A stretch of 57,588 bases of DNA from Bacteroidales bacterium (GTDB lineage Bacteria > Bacteroidota > Bacteroidia > Bacteroidales > PUMT01), in contig SKND01000403.1 of NCBI GenBank assembly GCA_007120695.1, positions 1 through 57,588 on the forward strand, read 5' to 3'. Made by a program: the position numbers and the translations under genes. Positions 9,281 through 19,000 of this stretch are shown piece after piece (the first letter of the stretch is position 1; each line of letters starts with the position of its first letter). The notes beneath the pieces are model-generated. The model saw only the letters and a list, made by a program, of their open reading frames with translations. It was not told the DNA's origin and ran no database searches.

Positions 9281-10795
9281 ATGAATAAACCTGCAAACAG
9301 CAAATTTAAACATTTTCAACCGGTTGCCGATTACGGCAAAGTGCCTCCGCAGGCAATAGAGCTTGAGGAGACTGTGCTGGGAGCGATTATGCTGGAAAAA
9401 GATGCGCTTATTGCCATTCTCGACCTTCTGAAGCCTGAAAGCTTTTACAAAGAGGCGCACCAGAAGATCTTCTCTGCAATAATGAACCTGTCAATGCAGG
9501 AAAAACCTATTGACATCCTGACGGTAACCGAAGAACTTAAAAAACAAAAAACACTTGAGTCAGTCGGTGGAGCTTTTTACATTACTCAGCTAACCAGCAG
9601 GGTTTCGTCGGCAGCACATATAGAATACCATGCCAGGATAATAGCTCAGAAATTCATCCAGAGGGAACTTATCAGGATCTCTACCGAAATACAGAATCGC
9701 TCTTATGATGAGGGGAGCGATGTGGACGACCTACTCGATTATTCGGAAACCGAGCTATTCAACATTGCAGAGGGGAATATCAAAAAAGAGACTGTCAAGA
9801 TAAATGTTCTTATCAAAGAGGCCATAAACCAGATTGAAGAGTCTGGTAAAAGAGAAGACAATCTGAGCGGCGTGCCAAGCGGTTTTACAAAAATTGACCG
9901 GATCACCTCAGGCTGGCAGAAATCGGATCTGGTCATTATTGCTGCAAGACCTTCAATGGGTAAGACGGCGCTTGTTCTCTCCATGACACGGAATATTGCA
10001 GTCGAACATAACAGGCCGGTTGCTGTCTTTTCCCTCGAAATGTCATCCTTGCAGCTCGTTAACAGGCTTATAGTAAGCGAAACAAAATTACCGTCAGAAA
10101 GGATCAGAAACGGCAAATTGCATGATTATGAATGGGAACAGCTCGAGATTAAAATCAAAAACCTGGTCGACGCACCCATATTTATTGATGATACACCCGC
10201 CATATCTATTTATGAACTCAGGGCAAAATGCAGAAGGTTGAAAAGACAGCACGATATAGAGCTGATTATCATTGACTATCTTCAATTGATGACCGGAACG
10301 CAGGATACCAGGGGAAACAGGGAACAGGAAGTATCAACAATTTCGCGGTCACTCAAAGCAATTGCAAAAGAGCTTAACGTACCTATCCTGGCACTTTCAC
10401 AGCTAAACAGGGCAGTTGAAACCAGGGGTGGCACCAAGAGGCCTCAGCTTTCAGATTTGCGCGAATCGGGTGCAATTGAACAGGATGCAGATATGGTATT
10501 GTTTATTCACAGGCCTGAATATTATGGTTTTTATGAAGATGAGGATGGCAATTCAAATATCGGCATTGCCGAAATTATTATTGCAAAGCACAGGAATGGT
10601 GCCATAGGCGATGTTAAATTGAAATTCCAGTCAGAATCAGCGAGTTTTACTGAACTTGAAGATGATCTGAGACCGATTACAGAGGATGATCTCTCCATAA
10701 CACTGGGTTCGAAGATGAATGAAGATAATGAGTTTTCGAAAGGCTTCAGCTCCAAGGGTAATGCAGATTTTGACAATGAACCTCCCCCGTTTTGA
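9281..10795 (+). CDS. dnaB: Replicative DNA helicase DnaB
   Basis: 504 aa with a DnaB N-terminal domain and a RecA-like C-terminal domain. Walker A is AARPSMGKTALVL. Also present are IIDYLQLM and SQLNRAVE. Confidence 0.95.
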   Translation: MNKPANSKFKHFQPVADYGKVPPQAIELEETVLGAIMLEKDALIAILDLLKPESFYKEAHQKIFSAIMNLSMQEKPIDILTVTEELKKQKTLESVGGAFYITQLTSRVSSAAHIEYHARIIAQKFIQRELIRISTEIQNRSYDEGSDVDDLLDYSETELFNIAEGNIKKETVKINVLIKEAINQIEESGKREDNLSGVPSGFTKIDRITSGWQKSDLVIIAARPSMGKTALVLSMTRNIAVEHNRPVAVFSLEMSSLQLVNRLIVSETKLPSERIRNGKLHDYEWEQLEIKIKNLVDAPIFIDDTPAISIYELRAKCRRLKRQHDIELIIIDYLQLMTGTQDTRGNREQEVSTISRSLKAIAKELNVPILALSQLNRAVETRGGTKRPQLSDLRESGAIEQDADMVLFIHRPEYYGFYEDEDGNSNIGIAEIIIAKHRNGAIGDVKLKFQSESASFTELEDDLRPITEDDLSITLGSKMNEDNEFSKGFSSKGNADFDNEPPPF

Positions 10796-10895
10796 TTACA
10801 GGTAACTTAGAGCCAGCGGCAGATGAAAAGATCCTGCAGTTTTTCAGTTGAATTAGCAATAAAATCCCACAATGCCCTGTCTAAATCTAAGTAAA

Positions 10896-10911
10896 TATGT
10901 TTGTATCTTTG
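10896..10911 (+). promoter_or_regulatory. Two overlapping -7-type boxes (TATGTTTG, TATCTTTG) upstream of the DEAD-box helicase
   Basis: Both match TAnnTTTG and lie 38-46 nt upstream of the ATG at 10949. Confidence 0.4.
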
Positions 10912-10948
10912 CATACCAAAATTAATAAAGCAAAGGTACCTTTTTACG

Positions 10949-12184
10949 ATGATAAATTTTAATGACTTCAATTTCCACCCGTCAATACAGGAGAGTATTG
11001 ACGCAATGGGTTTTACAAAACCAACACCCGTCCAGATCAAAACTATCCCGGTAATATCTGAAAACAAAGATCTTATTGCATGTGCACAGACAGGCACAGG
11101 TAAGACTGCAGCCTTCCTCCTGCCTGCTCTTCAGAAAATACTGGTTAATGGCGATTTTAACGGCACCAAACTTCTTGTTGTTGTTCCCACCAGGGAACTG
11201 GCAATACAGATAGATCAGCATATGCAGGGATTTTCTTACTTCCTTCCTGTAAGTTCGATAGCTGTGTATGGCGGAGGTGACGGCGAAACATGGGACCAGC
11301 AAAAAACTGCCATTGCTGCAGGAGTAAATGTAATTATTGCTACTCCGGGCAGGCTTATTTCCCTGATCAGTCTTAACTACCTCAAATCAGAAACCCTGCA
11401 GACCCTTGTGCTTGATGAAGCTGACAGAATGCTGGATATGGGGTTCTATGATGACATTATCAAGATCATCGGGGCACTGCCCAAAGAGAGACAGACACTT
11501 ATGTTTTCAGCAACAATGCCTCCTAAGATCAGGCTTCTTGCAAGGAAAATAATGAATAGCCCCGAAGAGGTAAATATATCAATTGCCAAGCCAGCGGAGG
11601 GAGTACTGCAGGGTGCCTACCTTGTTCATGACGACCAGAAGTCACCGCTTATAATGGATCTTCTGCATGATAAACCTGAACTGAAAAGTATCCTCATATT
11701 TTCGGCAACCAAGAAGAATGTAAAAAGCCTGAACAAGCAGCTTAAATCGGATGGCCTTTCCTGTGCGGCAATACATTCAGACCTTGAGCAGCCCGAACGT
11801 TTAACAGTGCTAAGTGATTTCAAAAACAAAAAATTCCAGGTCCTGGTCGCAACAGACATTGTATCAAGGGGAATTGATATTGACAACATTGACCTGGTAA
11901 TAAATTATGATGTACCTTCCGATGCAGAGGATTATGTTCACCGGGTTGGCAGGACAGCAAGGGCAGAATCTACAGGAGTAGCGCTTACTTTTATTAACAG
12001 CAAGGAGGTAAGAAGCTTCCAGAATATAGAACAGCTTATTGGAAGTGAAGTTCACAAGATACCCCTGCCCCGTCATATCGGAGAAGGGCCCCAATACGTG
12101 ATCTCAAAATCCCGCTATGAGGGAAAGCCTTTCAGGAAAGGAAGGTCAAAGGATAGCAGAAGACAGGGCAAAAAAAGAAATTAA
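10949..12184 (+). CDS. DEAD-box ATP-dependent RNA helicase (RhlE-like) with a basic C-terminal tail
   Basis: Motifs AQTGTGKT, DEAD, SAT and HRVGRTAR. The tail is Arg/Lys rich. The start is taken at MINFNDFNF. Confidence 0.9.
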   Translation: MINFNDFNFHPSIQESIDAMGFTKPTPVQIKTIPVISENKDLIACAQTGTGKTAAFLLPALQKILVNGDFNGTKLLVVVPTRELAIQIDQHMQGFSYFLPVSSIAVYGGGDGETWDQQKTAIAAGVNVIIATPGRLISLISLNYLKSETLQTLVLDEADRMLDMGFYDDIIKIIGALPKERQTLMFSATMPPKIRLLARKIMNSPEEVNISIAKPAEGVLQGAYLVHDDQKSPLIMDLLHDKPELKSILIFSATKKNVKSLNKQLKSDGLSCAAIHSDLEQPERLTVLSDFKNKKFQVLVATDIVSRGIDIDNIDLVINYDVPSDAEDYVHRVGRTARAESTGVALTFINSKEVRSFQNIEQLIGSEVHKIPLPRHIGEGPQYVISKSRYEGKPFRKGRSKDSRRQGKKRN

Positions 12185-12188
12185 CTTC

Positions 12189-12365
12189 CTATTCTTTCAG
12201 ATCATAAAAACAGCGTTTGGGCGAGAAGACCTTCCCCTCTGCCTTGAGCTTTTTTATGACCTTGTCAACTTCAGATTTTTCAAGACCCGATTTTTCTGCA
12301 ATCTCTCCGGGACGCAACGCTCCGTTATCCTTTAGTGTTTTGATAATAATTTCAAAATGGTCCAT
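12189..12365 (-). CDS. Small (58 aa) winged-helix DNA-binding protein, below the ORF-track length cutoff
   Basis: My translation of the minus strand is MDHFEIIIKTLKDNGALRPGEIAEKSGLEKSEVDKVIKKLKAEGKVFSPKRCFYDLKE. It has an HTH-like core (GEIAEKSGLEKSEVDKVIKKL) and a wing (GKVFSPKRCFY). The + strand ORF at 12117..12335 is its antisense shadow. Confidence 0.6.
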   Translation of the reverse strand: MDHFEIIIKTLKDNGALRPGEIAEKSGLEKSEVDKVIKKLKAEGKVFSPKRCFYDLKE

Positions 12366-12532
12366 TTTATATATGTTTAAATTTTGCTAAAAGAGTTCAT
12401 AATTGCATGTAGAATCGACCGCAGGTCAATAAAAAACAGGGGGATTGACTTCATCGATCTCACATGGGCTATTAATTACATTTAGCAATATGCAATAACA
12501 ATAATTCCTGCCTTGCATACTACTTTGCAAAC

Positions 12533-13336
12533 TCAGTACCTGCGGGGAGCAAACAACTCAGATTCATCAGGTTCAGGTATGCGTCCACGCATCTGTTCAA
12601 TCTGTCTGAAAATCTCCTGTTCCTTTTCAATCAGCTCATCTTCATTCTCAGGTCTGCCTGCAATATATTTTACTTCCGATACCACCTGCCCTGACTGATC
12701 ATAATAGGTCCACCGGCCATGCATCTGGTTATTGTAATACTCTCCCTCAATTTCCTTTCTGCCTCCAGGAGTATAAAAAACAAACCTGCCGTGACGCTCA
12801 TCATCTCTGAATTCAGCCTGCACCCTTAACCTTCCGTTATCATAATATTGCATCCATGGTCCGTTCCTGACATCATTTTCGTACCAGAATGATTCGGCAA
12901 CCCTTCCATTAGGATAGTATACAGAAGCGAGTCCCTGTTTTACACCACTATCATATGTCTCCGTACTTGCCAGGTGATTATCGTAATATGAGTAATACTT
13001 CCAGACACTGTCTTTCTTTTCATCCTTGTAAATACCTTGTGCAGCGAGTTTCCCTTCTTCATAAAAAAGCTCGGTATCTGCCCTGATACCCTCCTCGCAA
13101 AAATTCATAATTGCCATGGTATTACCGTTGGGAAAATATCTTATAAACTCTCCTACCGGACGGTTATTTCTGAATGTTCCCCGGTACCTGGTACTTCCCT
13201 CAGGATATTTTTGTTCCCAGTATCCCTGCCTCATGCCATTTTCATCAGTATGATTAATACCTGATTCCTGTTCCTGCGAATAGGAACCATACACCACAGG
13301 TATCATCAGGAGTAAACAGATTAATTGTCGAACCAT
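12533..13336 (-). CDS. MORN-repeat (YwqK-type) secreted protein
   Basis: 267 aa with an N-terminal signal-like segment. It has about eight tandem repeats of the Y-x-N-G-x-x-x-x-E-G-x-Y type (YPNGRVAESFWYENDVRNGPWMQYYDNGRL...). Confidence 0.75.
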   Translation of the reverse strand: MVRQLICLLLMIPVVYGSYSQEQESGINHTDENGMRQGYWEQKYPEGSTRYRGTFRNNRPVGEFIRYFPNGNTMAIMNFCEEGIRADTELFYEEGKLAAQGIYKDEKKDSVWKYYSYYDNHLASTETYDSGVKQGLASVYYPNGRVAESFWYENDVRNGPWMQYYDNGRLRVQAEFRDDERHGRFVFYTPGGRKEIEGEYYNNQMHGRWTYYDQSGQVVSEVKYIAGRPENEDELIEKEQEIFRQIEQMRGRIPEPDESELFAPRRY

Positions 13337-13415
13337 AGCAGCATTGTTTAAAACAAATTACCAATATTACTTAAACGAAATCAAAAAGTCCTTATTATTA
13401 AACGTTAATATATAT

Positions 13416-13450
13416 AGAAAGAGGCTGCCTTCGCCAGACAGCCTCTTTCT
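13416..13450 (-). terminator. Terminator hairpin downstream of dnaK
   Basis: A 12-bp stem, AGAAAGAGGCTG (13416-13427) with CAGCCTCTTTCT (13439-13450), has an 11-nt loop and AT-rich flanks on both sides. Confidence 0.6.
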
Positions 13451-13466
13451 ATATATCAGTGAGATA

Positions 13467-15383
13467 TTATTTTACCTCCTCAAAATCCACATCCGTTACA
13501 TCATCATCACCTTTGGAATCCGATTGTGATGGATCATTTTCAGACGAAGCTTCCTGGCCGGGTTGCGGACCACCCTGAGGCTGACTTGACTTGTACATCT
13601 CTTCAGAGGCGGACTGCCAGACAGCATTCAGTTCTGCGGTTGCCTTATCAATTGCCTCAAGATTCTGACTCTTGTGTGCCTCCTTCAGTTTTACAAGAGC
13701 TTCTTCAATAGGAGCTTTTTTATCGGCAGGTAATTTGTCTCCAAATTCCTTCAATTGTTTTTCAGTCTGGAATATCAGACTATCGGCAGCATTCATTTTG
13801 TCAGCCGTCTCTCTGATCTTTTTATCTTCTTCCTCATGAACCTTGGCCTCTTCACGCATCCTTTTGATTTCATCTTCATTAAGACCGGAAGATGCCTCTA
13901 TCCTGATGCTCTGCTGCTTATTGGTCCCTTTGTCCTTCGCAGATACATTCAGTATACCATTAGCATCAATATCAAAGGTAACCTCAATCTGTGGTACTCC
14001 CCTTGGAGAAGGTGGTATACCATCCAGATGGAACCTTCCAATAGTTTTATTACCAGAAGCAACGGGACGTTCTCCCTGAAGAACATGTATCTCAACAGAA
14101 GGCTGGTTATCTGCTGCAGTGGTGAATGTTTCGGTTTTCTTGGTAGGAATTGTGGTATTTGATTCAATAAGCCTTGTCATAACACCTCCCATAGTTTCAA
14201 TACCAAGAGACAATGGTGTTACGTCAAGCAGAAGAACATCCTTTACTTCACCAGTCAGGACACCTCCCTGTATGGCAGCACCAATAGCAACAACTTCATC
14301 CGGGTTGACACCTTTTGAAGGAGCTCTGCCGAAAAACTTCTCAACAACCTGCTGTATTGCAGGGATACGTGTTGACCCGCCGACCAGAATCACCTCATTA
14401 ATCTCTGATGCAGCCAGTCCGCTATCAGATAATGCTTTTTTACATGGTTCAATAGTTGCCTGAATCAGTTTGTCGCTCAGCTTTTCAAAGTGTGATCTTG
14501 ACAATGTCTTTACTATATGCTTCGGAATGCCATCAATAGGCATTATATAGGGAAGATTTATTTCTGTGCTGGTTGAACTGGAAAGCTCAATCTTAGCTTT
14601 CTCAGCAGCTTCTTTAAGCCTTTGGAGGGCCATTGGATCTCTTTTAAGGTCAACCCCCTCATCCTTTTTAAACTCCTCAGCCAGCCAGTCGATTATAACC
14701 TGGTCAAAATCATCACCTCCGAGGTGTGTATCTCCGTTTGTAGACTTAACCTCAAATACTCCATCTCCAAGTTCCAGTATCGAGATATCAAATGTTCCTC
14801 CGCCAAGGTCATAAACCGCTATTTTAAGGTCCTGCGATTTTTTGTCAAGGCCATATGCAAGTGCTGCGGCAGTAGGTTCGTTTATTATCCGTTTAACTGT
14901 CAATCCTGCGATCTCACCAGCCTCTTTAGTTGCCTGTCGTTGTGAATCACTAAAGTATGCAGGCACTGTAATAACCGCCTCACTAACCTCCTGTCCGAGA
15001 TAATCTTCAGCTGTCTTCTTCATTTTCTGGAGAACCATTGCAGATATCTCCTGTGGTGAATATTTTCTGTCGCCTATAACAACCCTTGGAGTTCTATTTT
15101 CACCCTGATCCACCTTAAAGGAGACCCGGTCAATCTCGACCTTAAGTTTCTCCCAGGGCTCCCCCATGAAACGTTTAATTGATGAGACAGTCCTTTCAGG
15201 ATTTGTTATCGCCTGTCTTTTAGCAGGATCACCGACTTTTCTTTCTCCATTATCAACAAATGCCACGATCGAAGGGGTAGTTCTTTTTCCTTCACTGTTG
15301 GGAATGACAACAGGTTCATTACCTTCCATCACAGAAACGCAGCTATTGGTTGTACCAAGATCTATTCCAATTATTTTACCCAT
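13467..15383 (-). CDS. dnaK: Molecular chaperone DnaK (Hsp70)
   Basis: 638 aa with motifs [17 protein letters not shown] and [11 protein letters not shown], and an acidic C-terminus. Confidence 0.97.
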   Translation of the reverse strand: MGKIIGIDLGTTNSCVSVMEGNEPVVIPNSEGKRTTPSIVAFVDNGERKVGDPAKRQAITNPERTVSSIKRFMGEPWEKLKVEIDRVSFKVDQGENRTPRVVIGDRKYSPQEISAMVLQKMKKTAEDYLGQEVSEAVITVPAYFSDSQRQATKEAGEIAGLTVKRIINEPTAAALAYGLDKKSQDLKIAVYDLGGGTFDISILELGDGVFEVKSTNGDTHLGGDDFDQVIIDWLAEEFKKDEGVDLKRDPMALQRLKEAAEKAKIELSSSTSTEINLPYIMPIDGIPKHIVKTLSRSHFEKLSDKLIQATIEPCKKALSDSGLAASEINEVILVGGSTRIPAIQQVVEKFFGRAPSKGVNPDEVVAIGAAIQGGVLTGEVKDVLLLDVTPLSLGIETMGGVMTRLIESNTTIPTKKTETFTTAADNQPSVEIHVLQGERPVASGNKTIGRFHLDGIPPSPRGVPQIEVTFDIDANGILNVSAKDKGTNKQQSIRIEASSGLNEDEIKRMREEAKVHEEEDKKIRETADKMNAADSLIFQTEKQLKEFGDKLPADKKAPIEEALVKLKEAHKSQNLEAIDKATAELNAVWQSASEEMYKSSQPQGGPQPGQEASSENDPSQSDSKGDDDVTDVDFEEVK

Positions 15384-15560
15384 AATATAATTTCAATTTT
15401 GATGATATTTTTGGATTAATGATTAATCAATGATTGTGCCATACCAGTATATTGGCAATATCATGTAATAATGACACCTGGATTGTAAAATCACCAGGCC
15501 GTTTAATGTGACAAAAGGACATAATGACAGTATTATAATCCTGGAAGAACTCAGGTAGGT

Positions 15561-15665
15561 TTGTGTGTAATTTTACGCAGAAAAAATTGACCTAAAGGTC
15601 GATTTTGCATGTCATGGTCAGTGCGTTTTACAATTTAAATCAGATGCAAAATTTAATGTATATTT
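15561..15665 (+). repeat. Split copy of the intergenic module. The left part is 15561-15588 and the right part 15648-15665, separated by a 59-nt insert.
   Basis: Positions 15562-15588 are identical to 15765-15791 (27 nt). Positions 15648-15665 are identical to 15786-15803 (18 nt). In the intact copy these two parts are contiguous. AAAATT occurs at both edges of the insert. Confidence 0.7.
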
Positions 15666-15680
15666 CTTCTGTAAAAAAGC

Positions 15681-15715
15681 CAAAATTTTGTCAAAATGAA
15701 ATAACCAAAATTTTG
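15681..15715. promoter_or_regulatory. Two copies of the perfect palindrome CAAAATTTTG (15681-15690 and 15706-15715), a candidate operator pair
   Basis: Read directly from the sequence. The 10-nt palindromes start 25 bp apart, between dnaK and panB. Confidence 0.3.
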
Positions 15716-15740
15716 ACTTACAGAAGGAACCGCTGCGCTT

Positions 15741-15804
15741 TCCCATAAAATTTTTTCATGCGTCTGTGTGTAATTTTACGCAGAAAAAATTTAATGTATA
15801 TTTG
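15741..15804 (+). repeat. Copy B of the ~64-nt intergenic module. It contains the panB -7 box TATATTTG at 15797-15804.
   Basis: It aligns with 84..147 and ends 29 nt before the panB ATG. TATATTTG matches the TAnnTTTG consensus. Confidence 0.7.
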
Positions 15805-15833
15805 TTTCGAAATTAATAATAATATTAATCCAC

Positions 15834-16655
15834 ATGTCAGTCCACAAAAGTTCAAAAGTAAAGAAGGTTACCACTCATGTACTTCAGGCAATGAAGTTGC
15901 AAGGGGAAAGGATAGCCATGATTACGGCTTACGATTATTCAATGGCCAGGATCATAGACTCTACAGGGATAGATATTGTGCTGGTGGGTGATTCTGCATC
16001 TAACGTGATGGCAGGAAACGAATCGACTCTTCCGATAACACTTGACCAGATGATTTATCATGCCACTTCAGTTGTCAGGGCAATTAACCGGGCACTGGTG
16101 GTTGTAGATATGCCTTTTGGTACTTACCAGGGGAACTCTAGAGAGGCCCTCAGTTCAGCTATCCGTATAATGAAAGAGACCGGAGCTCATGCCATTAAAA
16201 TGGAGGGAGGAGCAGAAATTATCGAATCAGTCGGCCGAATCCTTTCTGCCGGGATTCCCGTTATGGGGCATCTGGGACTAATGCCGCAGTCTATTCATAA
16301 ATTCGGAACCTATGTTGTAAGAGCAACAGAAGAAGATGAGGCAAGCAAGCTTTTAAAAGATGCACAACTTCTTGAAGATGCGGGTTGTTTCGCGATTGTA
16401 CTTGAAAAAATCCCGGCAAAGCTTGCTGCCAGTGTCTCTGAGTCAATTAGGATACCTGTTATTGGTATAGGTGCAGGAGCTGATGTAGATGGCCAGGTAC
16501 TTGTTCTGCATGATATGCTGGGTATTAACAGAGACTTCTCTCCGAGATTCCTGAGACGCTATCACAACCTTTACGAAGAGATAAAAGGAGCTGTCCAGAA
16601 TTACACAAATGATATCAAAAACCGGGACTTCCCGAATGAAAAAGAACAGTATTAA
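15834..16655 (+). CDS. panB: 3-methyl-2-oxobutanoate hydroxymethyltransferase
   Basis: 273 aa with motifs TAYDY, LVGDS and MPFGTYQ, and typical PanB length. Confidence 0.93.
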   Translation: MSVHKSSKVKKVTTHVLQAMKLQGERIAMITAYDYSMARIIDSTGIDIVLVGDSASNVMAGNESTLPITLDQMIYHATSVVRAINRALVVVDMPFGTYQGNSREALSSAIRIMKETGAHAIKMEGGAEIIESVGRILSAGIPVMGHLGLMPQSIHKFGTYVVRATEEDEASKLLKDAQLLEDAGCFAIVLEKIPAKLAASVSESIRIPVIGIGAGADVDGQVLVLHDMLGINRDFSPRFLRRYHNLYEEIKGAVQNYTNDIKNRDFPNEKEQY

Positions 16656-16671
16656 GTGATTTTATTTCATA

Positions 16672-17358
16672 ATGTACTCTCCTAAGATTATTTACGAAGA
16701 CAATCACATTATTGGTGTTAACAAGAGATCATCAGAACTGGTTCAGGGAGATAAAACCGGTGACGCTTCACTGCAGGACACCATCAGATTATGGCTTAAA
16801 GAGAAATACAGCAAACCGGGAAATGTATATCTTGGTGTTATTCACAGGCTTGACAGACCGGTTAGCGGAGTTGTACTTTTCGCCAAAACAAGCAAGGCCC
16901 TTTCCAGGATGAACAAGCTTTTTAAAAGCGGAAGTGTAAAAAAAGTCTACTGGGCCATCACCGGAAAAAGACCATCTGAAGAATCGGGGACTCTTGTCCA
17001 TTTTCTGAAGAAAAACCAGGATCAGAATAAATCTTATGTGTGTGCAAATACCGTTAAGGGCTCAAAGGAGTCAATCCTCAATTACAGGATCATCCATGAA
17101 TTTAACAACTACTATCTTCTTGAAATAGAGCTAATTACAGGCAGACACCATCAGATAAGATGCCAGCTCGCTGCATCAGGATGTCCCGTGCTTGGTGATC
17201 TTAAATACGGATTTCCCAGGTCTATTGACGGAGGAGGTATCGGACTGCATTCAAGACAACTATCTTTCAAACATCCGGTTAGTCTTGAAGAGGTAGTAAT
17301 CACGGCCGATCCGGTGGGTCACATATTATGGGAAACATATCTGAAAAGCCAAAGATGA
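16672..17358 (+). CDS. RluA-family RNA pseudouridine synthase
   Basis: 228 aa with the catalytic motif HRLDRPVSGVVLFAKT and the downstream motif GRHHQIR. There is no S4 domain. Confidence 0.88.
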   Translation: MYSPKIIYEDNHIIGVNKRSSELVQGDKTGDASLQDTIRLWLKEKYSKPGNVYLGVIHRLDRPVSGVVLFAKTSKALSRMNKLFKSGSVKKVYWAITGKRPSEESGTLVHFLKKNQDQNKSYVCANTVKGSKESILNYRIIHEFNNYYLLEIELITGRHHQIRCQLAASGCPVLGDLKYGFPRSIDGGGIGLHSRQLSFKHPVSLEEVVITADPVGHILWETYLKSQR

Positions 17359-17406
17359 ATCAAAGTCGTTATACGGTTCTGATAGATGGCAATAATATCA
17401 AATCAG

Positions 17407-17910
17407 TTACACATGACCCGGGTCAGGAAACTTATTATCAAACCAAAGCGGAAGTATATCCTTGACACTGGCTACTGCCATTATTTTGTCCTTCCCGGTA
17501 AAAATTACTCTCTGATCAACTCCATATCGTATCTCCGATTCAATCATTACCTGTCTGCATGCACCGCAGGGATAGACAGGTTTATCAACTGGCTCACCAT
17601 TTTTCTTGATCGCCGCTATAGCCATTACTTCAACCGGAGAATCAGGATTGACCGAGTTGGCATAAAAAAGTGCCGTGCGTTCAGCACAACTGCCAGAAGG
17701 ATAGGCTGCATTTTCCTGGTTATTTCCTGTGATAATGCTGCCATTCTGAAGCAAAAGAGCAGCTCCTACCCTGAATCCCGAATAGGGGGTATATGCTCTT
17801 TGAGCAGATTCGCGTGCAAGTCTGACAAGTTCCTGTTCCTTTTCCGGCAATTCCTCAACAGAATCATATTGATAAATAGTACTCTTAATAACGAATCTCT
17901 GCATGGGCAA
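17407..17910 (-). CDS. cdd: Cytidine deaminase
   Basis: 167 aa with zinc-binding motifs CAERTA and PCGACRQ. The overlapping + strand ORF at 17386..17934 has no recognisable motif. Confidence 0.9.
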   Translation of the reverse strand: MPMQRFVIKSTIYQYDSVEELPEKEQELVRLARESAQRAYTPYSGFRVGAALLLQNGSIITGNNQENAAYPSGSCAERTALFYANSVNPDSPVEVMAIAAIKKNGEPVDKPVYPCGACRQVMIESEIRYGVDQRVIFTGKDKIMAVASVKDILPLWFDNKFPDPGHV

Positions 17911-18010
17911 TATTATTTTAGGTTATGCTGTTAGAACAAGGACATATTTTAAAAGCACAATACCGGAAAATTAAACATTTTACTCAAAATAACTGCAAAC
18001 ATATCCATAT

Positions 18011-18964
18011 ATGAAGAATCTTCGCCTGATCATTCTTATATTTCTGATATTCTCAGCTTGCAAAACCACCCGGTATGTTCCGCCTGCCACATCCCTTTCA
18101 AGGACTGAATATATTGCAACATACAGCGACATTGCCATAAGGGAAATGCAGCGTACAGGAATACCTGCAAGCATCAAAATGGCTCAGGCGATTCTTGAAT
18201 CGGGTGACGGTAACAGTACACTCGCACGACGGGGCAATAATCATTTTGGCATCAAATGTCACGACTGGAGTGGAAGGAGAATATACCATGATGATGATGA
18301 GCGTAATGAATGTTTTAGAAGATATAACAACCCGAGGGAGTCGTTCAGGGACCATAGTGAATTTCTGACGGGAAGGGCCAGGTATGCTTCGCTTTTTGAC
18401 CTTGACCCATATGATTACAGGGCCTGGGCCAGGGGACTCAAGGCAGCGGGATATGCAACGAATCAGCAATATGACAGATTACTGATAAGGATAATTGAGG
18501 ATAATGAATTATACCGGCTTGATACCGGCTCCGGAACAACTTCTCTATCTGGAAGAGATCCACAAAAAGAGAGAAGGATCTCCAACGGGGTCTCTTTAGC
18601 TGAATCAAGGGAGGTACGGAGATGGAACAGGATTAATTATATAATTGCACGTGAAGGGGATACTTATGAAAGCCTTACCAGGGAGATGGGGCTCATGAGA
18701 TGGGAGATAGCCAGGTATAATGATCTGCCCCAAAATCCTGAAATACTGCCGGGTGATATCATCTATCTTCAGCCCAAACGGAATCGTGCAGAGCGGAATT
18801 CTGAAAAACACGTTGTAAAGGATGGGGAAACTATGCATTACATTTCGCAACTTCACGGAGTCAAACTGTCCCGCCTGCTTACACGCAACAATATGCAGGA
18901 AGGACAGGAACCTTCGCCTGGTGACACAATATACCTTCGCCGACAAAGACCCGGTGATTATTAG
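18011..18964 (+). CDS. Peptidoglycan hydrolase: glucosaminidase (FlgJ-like) domain plus two LysM domains, lipoprotein-type signal
   Basis: The signal ends in FSAC. The glucosaminidase region is AQAILESGDGNSTLARRGNNHFGIK. Two LysM-like repeats are present (YIIAREGDTYESLTRE..., HVVKDGETMHYISQLHGV...). Confidence 0.85.
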   Translation: MKNLRLIILIFLIFSACKTTRYVPPATSLSRTEYIATYSDIAIREMQRTGIPASIKMAQAILESGDGNSTLARRGNNHFGIKCHDWSGRRIYHDDDERNECFRRYNNPRESFRDHSEFLTGRARYASLFDLDPYDYRAWARGLKAAGYATNQQYDRLLIRIIEDNELYRLDTGSGTTSLSGRDPQKERRISNGVSLAESREVRRWNRINYIIAREGDTYESLTREMGLMRWEIARYNDLPQNPEILPGDIIYLQPKRNRAERNSEKHVVKDGETMHYISQLHGVKLSRLLTRNNMQEGQEPSPGDTIYLRRQRPGDY

Positions 18965-19000
18965 GGAAGACCCCTAAATTGACCTGTGAGCCTGAACCGG

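Noticed and set aside
9146-9460. A 104-aa minus-strand ORF spanning the ispE-dnaB spacer and the dnaB 5' end.
   Set aside because: It overlaps the dnaB promoter and start, has Phe/Lys/Leu-rich AT-driven composition, and shows no motifs.
15437-15451. A sigma-54-like element upstream of dnaK (minus strand TGGCAC-AATCA-TTGA).
   Set aside because: The -24 half is perfect, but the invariant -12 GC is GA. dnaK is not a typical sigma-54 target. I treat it as a chance match unless a genome-wide PWM scan says otherwise.
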